A DNA stretch of 64,000 nucleotides from Rhina ancylostomus (Eukaryota), in NCBI GenBank assembly GCA_030265395.1, contig JARFYF010000094.1, positions 33,531,913-33,595,912 of the forward strand, read 5' to 3'. The position numbers and the translations under genes were made by a program. Below the pieces are notes generated by a model, which saw nothing but the letters and a program-made list of their open reading frames with translations, searched no databases and was not told where the DNA came from. Shown piece after piece: positions 39,075 through 52,339 of this stretch. How positions within the stretch are numbered: the first letter of the stretch is position 1; each line of letters begins with the position of its first letter.

Positions 39075-39935
39075 AGAACCATAGAACAATACAGCACAAT
39101 ACAGGCCCTTCAGCCCACCAGATTGTGCCGACCTTCAAGCCACACGTAAGACTATCTAACCCCTTCCTCCCACATATCCCTCTATCTTAAATTTCTCCAT
39201 ATGCTTATCAAACAATCTCTTGAACTTGACCAACATACCAGCTTGCACTACCACCCCAGGCAGCACATTCCATGCACCAACNNNNNNNNNNNNNNNNNNN
39301 NNNNNNNNNNNNNNNNNNNNNNNNNNNNNNNNNNNNNNNNNNNNNNNNNNNNNNNNNNNNNNNNNNNNNNNNNNNNNNNNNCTTTCTTAACTACCCTATC
39401 CACCTGTGAGGCAACTTTCAGTGATCTGTGGATATGAACCCCCAGATCCTTCTGCTCCACACTACCCAGAATCCTGCCATTAACCTTGGAGTTTGTCTTT
39501 CCAAAGTGTACCACCTCACACTTCTCCAGACTGAACTCCATCTGCCACTCCTCAGCCCAGCTCTGCATCCTATCAATGTCCCTCTGCGATCTTTGAGAGT
39601 CCTCCACACTCTCCACAACACCATCAACCTTTGCGTCATCTGCAAACTTGCCAACCCACCCTTCCACCACCTCATCCAAGTTATTAATAAAAATCATGAA
39701 AAGCAGAGGTCCCAGAACCAATCCCTGTGGGACACCACTAGTCACAGCCCTCCAATCTGAATGCACTCCCTCCACCACAACCCTCTGATTTCTACAGGCA
39801 AGCCAATTCTGAATCCACGCAGTCAAGCCTCCATGGATCCCTTGGCCTCTGACCTTCTGAAGAAGCCTACCATGCGGAACCTTGTCAAACGCCTTACTAA
39901 AATCCACATAGACCACATCCACTGCACTACCCTCA
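39075..39935 (-). mobile_element. Relatively young 5'-truncated CR1 LINE (RT core)
   Basis: Open frame DVVYVDFSKAFDKVPHGRL...SGVPQGLVLGPLLF.IFIN...KFADD...WQMEF...KCEVVHFG; tail GTGCTGTATTGTTCTATGGTTCTA. Contains a 100-N gap. Confidence 0.93.
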
Positions 39936-41229
39936 TGAAATTTGATTTCACTGCAACTCTTAACACCTCAAACTAAATCCAAGTACTAGAACCCGAGCTC
40001 TTTCTTGGAATTCAATTTTTAACCAAAATATTCCCTCTCCATGCACTCTTTACATGTCTCCATCTTCTCCATAGTGCTGTAAAAATCTGGTTTTGTGCTT
40101 TAATGCACAATTTCTCCACTGCTCATCCTACCACCTCTCTTCCATAAAATTCCATTCACGCAAAAAGCTGTGGTCCATATTCTCACCCAAATAAAAACTC
40201 ATTTAACACCCCAAAGACTTGATTTCAAAATCTTTCTCCAGTTTTTCTGTCTTTCCACACCAATACAATACCTTCTTGCTTTCCTTGAAATTTAAATCTC
40301 ACTCAGAAACACTCCTCTTCTCACAACAGGTTTACTCACCATTTCCATTCTTATGGATTGCAACAATCACCCTAAGTCACTGGCAACTGCTTATGGCATA
40401 AAATACCATTTACCTGTGTATTGTTTGCCAAAGAAAATTAACAAACACTGTCTTCTCTGCAAACACTATGTGAAGTATGTTATCCAATTTCATCTCATTT
40501 GTTCATATAGGTCTACATATTCTGTATTCTAAGATCTAAGTCTGTATTCATGACTTAAAATACTGCAATTCAGAAGTAATTTACCAGATCTAAAATGCTT
40601 TCGTACATCTTGAGTTTGTGAAAGGTACTTCATAAAAGCAACCTTCATCTTTATTTCTTCTATGGGATTTATTCACTAAACACATCAAACCTGCCAACTG
40701 CTTTCAGGAACCTGCTCATAAACATCTGCTCAATGGTAATATAGCTCCTTCTGAGCTCTCCTCCACTTCTAACCTTTCTTCATTCCTTGCACTGTTACTT
40801 TTGGTCCTGCATGTAAAATGTCCAAGTACCTTTGTCTCTATTTTCTAAACAGCATTGTTTACCAAGCATTGGTTTGATCATACTAACAGCTTATGTTAAA
40901 TGTCATAAAACACAAACACAAAATACTCGGCTTCTATTCTGACCAAATGAATCCATTCCCAGCTTCACGTCATTCTATGTGATTTGTTTCTCGAGATCAT
41001 TTAAATCAGACCAAATGGTGAATCTGATTAACTATTTCATTGAAAGTGATGACAAAAACATGGGAAGTGACCCACATTTTCATGATCTCTTCATTATCTT
41101 TTATTTTTGGAAGGTTGTGATGCACCATCAGGGCAGATTGGATGAGGACATCTGTTTTGTATATGTTTGGTATAATACTCACTCTCATACACTTCAGTCA
41201 CAAGTTGATAATGACTAGGGGATCAGCAC

Positions 41230-41640
41230 TCAAAAGCAAGCATACACAAGTGTAAACTGTACTCAGTGATCAACATCGGTTCCTGATCCAGCAGCAACTC
41301 AGGTTTTAAAATTCAAGTCTTCATGTTCAAATCCCACCTCTGACTTCACCCCTTCAACATTTCCAATATTCCAGGCCTTCAACCTTCCAAGATCTCTAAT
41401 TCTCCTCGCTTGTGTATTCTCGACTTTTGCTCAGTCTACCAGAAGCAACTTTACCTTAAGCAACACACAAGTCCTAGAAAACACTTTCAAACCTCTCTCC
41501 CCATCTTCTGTTAAGATACTTCTTGAAACCTATCCCTTTGAACAAGTTTTTNNNNNNNNNNATCTCCTTTCCTGGTGTGGGATCTATTTGTATGTATGTT
41601 TTTTTTTGACTATGCGCCAGTAAAATGTTTTGAGACTATT
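41230..41640 (+). mobile_element. Decayed L2 3' end
   Basis: CATCGGTTCCTGATCC...GGTTTTAAAATTCAAGTCTTCATGTTCAAATCC (HWLP...FKI..LVFKS-like) and CTTGAAACCTATCCCTTTGAACAAGTTTTT (LKTxLFxQAF-like). Confidence 0.6.
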
Positions 41641-41759
41641 TGTAACATTTCAACCACTTCTTAAATGAAAGTTGATATTATTCAGTGCAACGAGGTGAGA
41701 ATGGCATACAAAAATCAGGGACGATGTACAAATCAGAGAAGGAAAAGACTGACACTGAA

Positions 41760-42095
41760 GTGAAAAACTGCAGTTACCAGAAATCTGATATACAAGTATA
41801 AAATCCTGAAAATACTCAGCAGGCCAGGCAATGTCTCTGGAAAAAATTGAGCTAGTCATACAGATAGTCTCAAAGAAACACCTTGAGTAAATCTGGACCA
41901 TCTGCTGATCTATTCATTTATTACTTCACAAAAAGTGCACGGACAAGCAGAAAAATGTAATGGAGACACAAGAGACTGCAGGTACTGGATCTGGAGCAAA
42001 AAAACAAACTGCTGGAAGAACTCAGTGGATCAAGCAGCATCTGTGAAGGCAAAAGTATAATCGATGTTTCGGGTCAAGACCCTGCATCAGCAGGG
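41760..42095 (+). repeat. Two arms of the palindromic repeat family
   Basis: GAAAATACTCAGCAGGCCAGGCA at about 41810; CTGCTGGAAGAACTCAGTGGATCAAGCAGCATCTGTG...GATGTTTCGGGTCAAGACCCTGCATCAG at 42009-42090. Confidence 0.7.
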
Positions 42096-45000
42096 AGGGG
42101 AAAAAAAGAACCCAGCAAGGTCAGGTGACACATAAAAAAATTGTAGCCTAAAAGGAAAAGTTGTTCTGGTATTACAGTAAATTAAAATGGAATCATATGA
42201 ACATATCTCTCATTGTTTTAGTGTGTGTTCAAGAAATGGAAGGAATGCTAAGGAAAATAATCAGAGAGAAAGACAGGTTACACACAACAAAATCTGTGAG
42301 AAGGATTAACTTTCTGTGGCTGCTAAAAGAAAGTATCTAAGCAAAAATTACTGAGAATGATTGTAAAAGATTGTGATTATTTGTGTGGAATAATTCAGAG
42401 ATTGTGTATGTATGTATAAATGTTTTTGTGCAAAGTGTAGGTATGCACATGGAAGGCACAGGATAGACTGGGAAAAGGGTAAACAAAGAAAAATGTTATC
42501 ATTCAAGAGTCAGCTGTCAATTCACCAAAAGGCATTCTCATATCCTTAATACCATCAAAGAGCATTTTCATTTACACCATGCTTTAAAATTTATAGTGCA
42601 AAATACAGAGGACAAGATTTCAAAGCATGATTAAAGTTTGATTAAGTTTTCTGTCTATAGGTTTGCCTAACACCATCTACAATAATGGTTGTGATTCAAC
42701 CAGGTAACTGATGCCTCACACCAAGATTCAGTGAGTCTTTGTGCTGGATTTTGCATTCACTGACAAAAAAAGGCAGCACTCATTAATTAGACATACTTGC
42801 CCACACACTCCGGTTGGGTGAGTGGGAGGGGAAGGGGCAGGGGCTGAAGATTCTCTTGAAGTTGGTGTAATTAAAGCCATATCAGCATGGCTTTAAGGGG
42901 TTAAGGGATCTATCTGTATGTGCAGGACAAGTAACTGTACAAATAGGTCAAAAACTATTAGGGCAATATGCATTTTATGAAGCAGGAAAGAACAACTTAG
43001 AATGGTTAATTCAATGCCAAAACATGATCAGAAATGTCAATAAAGAAGAGGAAGAAAAGATGATTAAGGCTTAGATAGAAAAACAAAAAAGTTTTTTTCC
43101 CCATTTTTCTGAGTCTTTAACAATACAAAATCATATAGAACTTTATATTTGTACAAGTTAAATTTCAGTGCCAGAAAAATCACTTAATAGTAATTGACTC
43201 TTCACGTTGCTTCTACTGAAAAAAGACAAACCCCAACATTTTCTGGTGAATTTGGTTAGTATCATAAATACCATAACTTCATGCCATTTCAGATGATTCA
43301 ATGTGGGGTTGCTCAGGAAGGTACAATGTTAGTAAATCTTCTAAGCAAGCAGGAATACTCTGACAACAATGTGGACATTTAACACGCGATTGCTGCAAAT
43401 TGGTGGCCAATTTACATTTAATAACAGTGAACGTTGTTAATAAAGTCCAGGCCAGTGTTTATACTGAAATATTCAAGATGTGTGTTCAATTCAGTGAGCA
43501 GGGATTTATTCCATTCATGATGGATGCTTTTAAATAGTACCTCCAAGTTCACATTTGGATAATATCTGATTTTTAGGGGAAGAATTCATCTTTGGTCAGC
43601 AACACAAAACTGGTTGCACCACTTGCAGACTTTGAAGTCAACTGAATTAAAAGTGTGGGGATGAGTACAACAGGGGTTGTTAGTCTTGCATACATTTCTC
43701 CTACTTAGTTCCTTAATTTTTAAGTTTCCAGGCAAGTAGTGATAACAGAGGAGGTGTTCATAGTATGATCCACCTTATCCAGGCTTAAGAAAAAAAATGT
43801 AGTAGTTATGGTGTAAAAAATAAAACTAATGTCCAAAGTAAAGTGCCAGAGAAAGTTCAGAGAAATAGTAAGATGCTATAGTTAGAAAAGAATCCCCAAA
43901 TCCATGCTACCAAATCAATATACATTTTCAAATGGATTCTGACACAAGACTTCTACAGGATATTCAAATTTAGCTTTGTTTTATTTCTAATGATAAGGTG
44001 ATACAAACGTCTCAGAATACCTTTGTTGCATTGTTCCAGCTATCAAACTGCACTGCATTGTTTTTGCTTATCAAACCTGAGGTTTACCCTCTTTCAAAGC
44101 AACACAATTGTTCCATTGATGTTTAGGACCAGTGACCAAATAAAGTAAAATATAAACCATGCTCTCCATCAGGTGCCAGCAAAGCAAACTACTAAAAAAA
44201 GTGCAGCTGAACAAACCTAATAAAGACACCACCATGCTTCTTTTGTCAGAAGGAGACAATTTGAAAGTGTCTGATAACCAGAATTACTCCAAAAGCTTAC
44301 CAACTGAATAAAGCATGAGCCTTCAAAAATGAATATTCATGTACCTAGAAAATAGTGATGGCCTTTTGAGATTCTGTTTCTGTATCAATTTGTCTCTATT
44401 AATAATACAAAGATTCAAACAAGATCCTTACAAAGACTGTGCACTAACTCACTAAATCAGATGAAAGCAATCAGATTATGAAGGAGAATGTGTAAGTTAT
44501 CGGGTTCTCATTTACACTTTGGGGTAAATTTGAATTAATTCAAGATTCACAGCTGTTTTAAATCAAACGCACTATTTATACTTGAGCTTCAAATTCACAT
44601 TTGTTTTGAATTGCCAGCCGAATCCAGCAGTGTGGTTAAATAATGGTGCTCAGCTGTTTACTCTGATCATATTTTGAAGTAAAATCTCCCACCTCTTGAC
44701 CTCAGAGCTGACCTGAATTGTGAACAGGAGATTGACACCGGGCTGGTATAAATGACTAATACAAATCTCCTGCAGGAAAGCAATCCTCAGCGCATGCACA
44801 GTACTGGTAATTGAATACCACCGAACACTGCTCCAATGAATGCAGCAAGTCCACTCAAATATTCCCTGCCTTTATCCAAACGGTACTTTTGAATATTATT
44901 CAACATTTCCAATGTCTTGACTTTAAGTGCTGTTTTGAAAAGTTTCTTCTAAAAGAATAAATTAAGCTAATAAACTAACAAGTTTACAAAACTTCCACAT

Positions 45001-47741
45001 GGATTCTATGTAATTGGTTGCACATAAGTGGTTCAGCAAATTTGTATTTTTCCTCAGGTCCCAACCACTGATGTCATGCATGATTGAAATTTCAAAAAAA
45101 AGAAAACTGAAAACTCTGAACGGGCACACGTTCACCCAGCTTTGTGCAACCATTGCTCAACCACCAAATAAATCTATTTACTTATTTGTCCAGGAGTGTG
45201 GTATGTTTGATCTGCAATAGTACTGGCTAGCACATTGATGTTGAGACTAGAAGGGACTTTTTTTAAAAATATTGGGGCTGTGCATTCGCTTCAGATTAAT
45301 TGACTCAGAAGTTGTCCTGACTCACAAAATCCTCTAGCACTTAGGAGCTCATACGTACTTGTTTTCTTCTGCCCAGTAAATAAACACCAGTGAAAACTGG
45401 TATGCACAATATCAGCATTATACTGTTATATTGAGAAAAACAGTCATCCTTTAACCTTTTATTAATAAATCACTGCACCAGCTCAAGTACACTTCAGATC
45501 CATCAGGCAGCCTGTAAATGCACTTTACCTATGTTTAAATTCTGTCTGCTCAGCTCTATTTATCAATAAATGCTAGCAATTGCAAAATACCCGTGTTTAT
45601 TTTTCCTAGAACACCGATATGAGCAAGGTGCAATATGCAAGCACTGCAGAACAAATTCACAGCAATCTTCAGCACCAATCTGAATTAAGAGGCCAGGATC
45701 TAAACCATACCTTTTATGCAGTCAGGTAGTCTCAAAGAGAGATATCTACAATTTTGCCTTATGTGACTGGCTGGTGGCATTTCCAGAAAAGAATTTAGTG
45801 ACAGTGTCTACCTTGCTTTTGGAACAGAATGAAGTCCTTTCTCTGTGGCCCTCTTGTGGCAGGTTTCACAGGTAGTACCTTGGCATTATGCAGAATAACC
45901 TGGCAGGCTTCATGCAACAAGTTTTGTTCTTTCTTCCTTTTTTTTGAGAAAATGTGATTGGTCACTTGAAGACTAATAATGTAACTCAGATTAATTCAAT
46001 TTAGAAGTACTGATCAACATTCATGCGCAAGAGTTTTAGGAGTCCTTTCAATGTCCCTAACCAATGACTCCTTGCATTTCATCCACAATTGAGTAGTCCG
46101 AAGTGCTGACCTTTCTCAATCTTAATCTCAAAAGGCCAGGTGTAAAGCAAAGTTTCAGATAAATTGTAGCAATTTTAAGTTTGTACTCNNNNNNNNNNCA
46201 AAAGACATCCATGAATTTGTAGGTAATATAAAATTGCTGTAGCATTGTTAAGATATAAGATTTCATTGGACCTTTGGTCCCTTTACTAAATTAAAATGGC
46301 AGCATTCACCTGTCCCCCAAAAGCTTTATAGACACCATCAGTCAAAATCTGTTTGGATTACATGCTGATCTGATCATTCTGAACAAACCAAACCTAATTA
46401 CAATTTACAGTATTATTACTGAAACCAAAGACATCTACCAAAACATATCCAATTACTAGTCAAATCTGTGCTTATGGGTAGAGTATAACATGGCATAGAG
46501 TTATTTTTTCCGTGCAGTGCAAACGGGTACAATTTGATACACAACCCAAATAACTCAACTTCTAGATGTCTTTGGCCCAAATTTAAATTTTGCAGTAGCA
46601 GTGCCAGGTAGTCATTAGCTCCTCCTAAACTCATGCTGGATTTATCAGTCTGTGCGCTTAAACCAGAGAACTACATGCTGATTGAGCTCAGCATCACAGT
46701 TATACAGGCTGCTATCAGCATGCAGCTTCAGGCGTTCAAAACATTCCTCTCAAAATACACATCCACTGTGGTCGCAGCATTTTCACAAGTCAGATACAGG
46801 AGACCACCATCTGACCTAGATTAGCTCAATCATGTGGAAAGACATTGTCTTCCAAAATGACGTTTGGTGGTTCTTAGATGTTTCACCCCGTGTAATACAT
46901 GGAAGTTCCTTCCATGTGTTGACCACTCTGAAAGAGGAACTTCCTGACAGAAGTGACAAATTTGATCTTTGTTTTTACCTATGACTTTAAAGATTTGATT
47001 TGAAGCAACATTGCAGATCTATTGTTTACGATTTTAAACACTTCAAGTTCTTTTCTAATATTCTAATGTACACTCAAAGCTTCTCCTATGATAATAAAAG
47101 ATTCGCTTCTTTTGAACTCAAGCCCATATTTTTGGAAAAACTGCAAAGTGCCTTTACTGTATGGCTAAGTAAAATGTGATTATTATGCCTGGTATCAAGC
47201 AACTAATCAATATAATTAACCAAATGATAAATGTTGTTAAAGGAGGAAATTCTTAATACTTTGACCTTAAGAAAACAGTGAATAGTAGAAATTGAACTGA
47301 TGATAATTTGGGAGACACAATTCACCAACTCAGTCATATTTTTATTTGTTCTCATTTTAAAAAGCAGAGCTCATATTTTTTTTAAAAAACTACAAAGCAA
47401 ATGTTTTAAATCCTTTTTGAACAATTCTGATTTTGTTTTTATGTTACACATTAATCGAAGATATACTTTGTTGTTTTTGCACAGCATATCAGAATCTGCC
47501 CCTGGCAAAGAATGGGGAAAAGTCAACAGGAATTAAGTTTCAGTGCAACTGTTTACTCAACTGTGGCCTGCAGTTATTGAAATTTTATCCATGGTTTTGT
47601 GTGACTACAGCAATAATGAATTCAGCATGACTGCAGTTCTCTAAGTAATGGCACATTTACTTCAAGCATCAACCTGCATATGTACACTGAGGTAAAAACT
47701 GGAATCTGCAGCAAAAGAAAAACCTATGGCACAATATATAC

Positions 47742-47912
47742 CTGCTGTTGCTGGAGATGAACCAATTCAGCAGCGGTCACTTCAATCGCGGATATATCGC
47801 CGTTTGATCTCCCCTCCCTTGTGCTACTGTCTGGATAGTGGTTACCACTGCTAGCTCCGTTCTGATTGGCTGAAACGTTGCTTGCTGCCTCAGTTCCAGA
47901 TTCTTGCATCAT
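47742..47912 (-). CDS. foxp1: Forkhead box P1, first coding exon (57 aa, N-terminus up to the poly-Q)
   Basis: Translates as MMQESGTEAASNVSANQNGASSGNHYPDSSTREGRSNGDISAIEVTAAELVHLQQQQ, matching the FOXP1 N-terminus (MMQESGTE...NH...REGRSNG...AA). It ends in phase 0 at CAG|GTATAT. SGTE, NH and REGRSNG favour FOXP1 over FOXP2. Confidence 0.9.
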
Positions 47913-47940
47913 GACTTAAAAACCTGAAAAGTAATTCAAA
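47913..47940 (-). other. foxp1: Splice acceptor and 11-nt 5'UTR part of the exon (exon starts at 47923)
   Basis: Minus strand reads TTTGAATTACTTTTCAG|GTTTTTAAGTC-ATGATG: pyrimidine tract, AG, 11 nt, then tandem ATG with G at -3. This layout agrees with my recollection of the tetrapod FOXP1 first coding exon. Confidence 0.85.
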
Positions 47941-50809
47941 ACAACAGTTGAAAAAAGTAATTTTAGATTTTTATCCTTATTTTCCAAGTTGTCAAAATGG
48001 TGAATGTGTAGCATCAAAAGATCTATTTATTTTGAAGTGCCATACACATGCTTTGTATTTACTTAATTTCCAACACTATGTTTTAGTACAAATATAAATA
48101 GCACACATTGTTATTTTCTATTCACTGGATTGTACTGCTTTCGTGGTAATTAGTTTCACTGGTGGTGTTAAAATAAAGTGCCTGTAAAACTAAATGCCTT
48201 TGAAATTTTTGAAGGATTTAATTGAGCCTTATTTTGTATCAGTACTGTGAGACACAATTAAAATCCAACAAAAGGCCAAAAGAAGACAATTAAGCTCATT
48301 TTCCTCCAGTAACTGCTATGAACAAAAATGCAGCAACCCATTACATACTCGCATTAACTTTTTCTCATTCTTATTGGAGACTGAGAAAAAAATATTCTGG
48401 TTAATGGATATCTGCCTTAAAAGCAGCATTTTAGATCAGTCTAATTAGTTGTAAAGTAATAGTAGTCATATTCAAAATTTGCCACACAATTCTATTTTTA
48501 AGTTTTTTTTGTCAGGACCAGCACAGAGTCAGAAGTGATCCTGTCACTCATTATAGATTCACCATGTGGATAAAGTACACAAGTCAGCTAGTGCCTGTGA
48601 AACTGCACTCCAGCAGAGAGTCAGTGCCTTCAAGAGACAAAGGGAAAAGGTGAAACTAGGGAAAAAATAAACCAGACCAGCTATTGGTCCATATTAATAT
48701 CTGTAATCTGCAAACAAAGATCTGTCTGTAGTTATGCTGGACGAACTGTAAAACAGGCTGATTAGCTGGATTCATTGCATGCTTTTTGGACAACACCATG
48801 ATGAACTATTAATCCTTACATGACAATTAATCTGAAGCTAAGAATAGCAACTAAAAATATCCATGCAACTGGATTAACAATGTAGTATCTTATTGATATT
48901 TATGAAAAGAAAGATTTCCTTAAAAACTTATGACTGCTCGACATCAAGTTCAATTACAGAACAACAATAAAGTTAAGCTAATTTTTATTGGCTCAATGCA
49001 TCTGTATTTCAAAATAAACCAGAGTACTTTGCAAAGATGGTGTGTGAAAAACATGTTCTGGAAAATATAAGTTTATATCTCCTGATGGTTAGGAAATAAA
49101 ATCTCAACAGTCTGACGCAAGAAGCACTGCCTCCTTAACTTTGGTTTGCCTTTGGCAGCTGGCAGGCTTTTAATTCACTTCGCACCTTGATAGTGATGTA
49201 CTTCTGTGATCTAAACCCAACCATAACTCTGTACTTTGATGAATTAACCTTTTAAGAAAAGTTGCTCAGCTAACAAGAAGAGGCTTTATTCCTGGACAGT
49301 TAATGAAGGTTGACCAAGTCAGGCTGAAATGAATTAACTTAACTGATCAATTATTTATATGAAGCAGAAAAAATGCCCTTAAAACACTCTGCCTAATCAT
49401 CAAAGGAAGTGAAAATTGAACTAAACACAGATTTATAATATCACATGCTTACTCCTGTGGGAAGCTCAGTCACTGGAACCACAATGGCACTAATAAAAGC
49501 CGACTCACAAAGGTTCTAAATTAAAACAATTCCAAATGCTGTATGACAGTAAGTGTGAAATAGTAAAGAATATTACCAAATCTGTAAACTAGAAACAAAA
49601 TTATCCAAACACAATGTGTTGAAAATGCAGTTTAAAAACACAACATACCATTCTGCTGATATTATGCATGCACTGTCGCTCCATAATGAATTTTCACAAT
49701 TATAAAAGGGAAGGAGTAAATTTTCTAATGCACAGCAGCTAAAAAGTAATCAAGAGAATGAGCCTAAAGGCTATTTCAATGTATGCAAAATTACTGACCC
49801 ACAGTAAACCAAAGGTAGCCCACAATGAATGTAGAATAATGCCCAAATGCTAAGTACCTATTCTGATGAGGAACAGCTAAAATTAACACTCAATTAATTT
49901 TTTGAATCGACAAACAAATGAAACTCATAAATCTATCTTCTCATTAATTTTACTGTAGTGTAATACCATTCTCCAATATCGAGAAGAAATCTTAAGTGTT
50001 ATCCATCATGAATATCAAAAAAGGGTAGCACTAAAACAGCATAAATTATGTATATTACCTGTTGGTAAAAATGATAAATGTTTTATCATTTCCAATGCAT
50101 AATGTGAGTTTCAGCATTATTGAAGATAAAAATGTGATTTTCTTTGAATACTCATCCAGAGCAAAAGTGTATTAATTAAAAGGGGAAAAGGCCCTGCTTC
50201 ACAAACACACAATTTGTCAAGGTCACTGTGCCTGTATTCTTTTCCCTTATCTTTGACCTGTCCCAGCATTCTGTTGTCAATATTAACAGGTTTTGTCAGG
50301 TTTAAATGCACAACAAATATTCTAAAACAACAACAACATTCAAAGCAATAACACAGGCAGTCCTTATGAAGGTTTTGAACTTGTTTACCAAACACCGCGA
50401 GAAACAAACTAAGCATACGGTCACCTGCAACCACCTCCCAAGCCTGCAGCATAACACTGCACTTCTGACAGAGGCCTGTTAAGACAGCATTTGTTGGACA
50501 AAGAACTTTCTGTCCATCTCTGATGCGCACAGTAAGCCCGTATTCTTCTGTACAGCTTTGCCTTCTCTTTTGGTCGAGGCGTAGGGGGAAGGAAGAGAAA
50601 GCAAACAACTGCATAGATACCATTCCATTCTAAGGAAATCTAGTGGAGAATGAAACAGCTTGATAATCTGCTGCCCACTTCATTGAAGTCTCTGATAAGA
50701 AAAGCAAACCCAAGTCTGCTTGAGCTGCATTCCATGGACAAGTTCCCTTCTTCTTTATCAAAACACAGCATTAAGTTTTGTCCAACCATACAGGATAAAC
50801 TGTTGCTCA

Positions 50810-51250
50810 CACCCGTAAACAGGGGTATATTTGTTTAATAACTGATTGCTGCCATAGCTACTGTAAACAAGGTGCCTGCATTTGTGCTCATGAACAAACA
50901 CATCATCTTGCAAGACCAATTTAACATTAACCAGGTGAAATAATCAACAGATTTTGTAGGTGACACTCAGCCAAGACAATGTAAACAGATTGGAGGAGGA
51001 GAAAGGGGCCCCGTACTTAGGGAATCAAGGTCGAGGCAATGCATTGTGGCTTGAGTAAACAGTGGAAAGAACTTAAAGACAAACAACTAGTTAGTCTTCA
51101 TTCATCCATTGACATTTATACAAGTGGTGATTTTTGTATATTAAGGTATAGCAGCTGCAGCCCCAAATCATGATATCAGCCCAGTGAGAAACCAGGACAA
51201 CTTGTTTATACAAGGTTCTGTTTACTCACAAACAGCAATTGTTTGCATCA
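50810..51250. promoter_or_regulatory. Homotypic forkhead-site cluster (candidate enhancer)
   Basis: GTAAACA at 50815, 50863, 50981 and 51055; TGTTTAC at 51219; RYAAAYA variants at 50894, 51079, 51203, 51228 and 51240. Confidence 0.55.
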
Positions 51251-52339
51251 GCAGGTTAGCCCCATCCATCATTTGTAAACCACACAAAACTTGCCCTATT
51301 TTGTTCAGTTAGTTGGCTTTTTCTGCTGAAATCAAATCTTACAATCTCCTTTTGTTCCAGTTCAAATGTACTTTCTGCAGCCCTATTACGGATGGCACAA
51401 CCACAAAGGATGAAGAATCACAGCAGAAATTATTCTATTTAATATAGAATTTTTTTTAGTTGTCTGACACAGGAAAATGATTTAAGTGTGTATTTAAACT
51501 GGTTTGAAATAAACACACTCACAGAGAAGCAATGTGCTCCGGGCAAAACTGAATAATTTCATCAAATGTCAACATGTGGGAAAATGGTCTTTCTGAGCAC
51601 ATGTAGTTCAAAGTGTTACAACACTTGAGCAATTTTGAAGTGCCACAGGAGGGTGGATTTGAGGAAAATGGATGCAATTTACTGGTGTTCCGCAAGATAA
51701 CATTTTCAGGCTCAGCGTTACAAATAATAGTTGCAATTGGTTTGTCGATAAACATGGAAAAACTTATATTATTTCCATGAAGCATTTATCTCTTCAAAAA
51801 GTTGTTCTAGCCTGTTCCTAATTTACGTTGCAAAACCTTTTTATTTACATAACTTAGGCAAAGTTCTGCATATGAGACTCTGCAGTGAGCATGCCTGGGT
51901 ATTCAGATCATCATCAGATTTTTGAATGACCATCCATCCCAAATATTCTCAACATTGCTGTGTGAATTTTTAGATTTACACAAAACCATAAGAAACAGAA
52001 GCACCTCAAGTCTGCTTCACATTTAGGATGTAACAGCTGATCTGATCTTAGCTTCAGATCTAGCTTGTCTTTAATATTCACGTAGCCCAGAAATCGGCCC
52101 ACCCTAGATTTGAATAAAAGCTTCCATAGCCCTCTTCTACTATGAATTCCAAAGACTCATAACCCTCTAAGAGAAATTCCTCCCTGTTGCCATTTAAATG
52201 AGCAGTGTCTTATTCTGAAGCAAGAAGATTGAAGTAAATGTGTAATACAGCCTCTGATGCTTCCCTGTTTTTTCAGCACATATACAATCATGCTCACATA
52301 AACACACTTACACTCACGCATACAATGTGTACATGTCCC

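Larger units (their letters stand above)
1..47741 (-). other. foxp1: Large FOXP1 intron downstream of the first coding exon; next exon not found in the window
   Basis: GT donor at 47741-47740. I found no ALQVARQLLL-like next exon by eye or in the ORF track, but short exons and gaps could hide one. Confidence 0.65.

Noticed and set aside
47724-47741. VYIVP* extension of the FOXP1 ORF
   Set aside because: Read-through past the GT donor into intron.
50117-50623. 168-aa minus-strand ORF upstream of the FOXP1 exon
   Set aside because: Cys/Leu-rich with no recognisable domain or splice support; probably a chance ORF, not excluded without RNA data.
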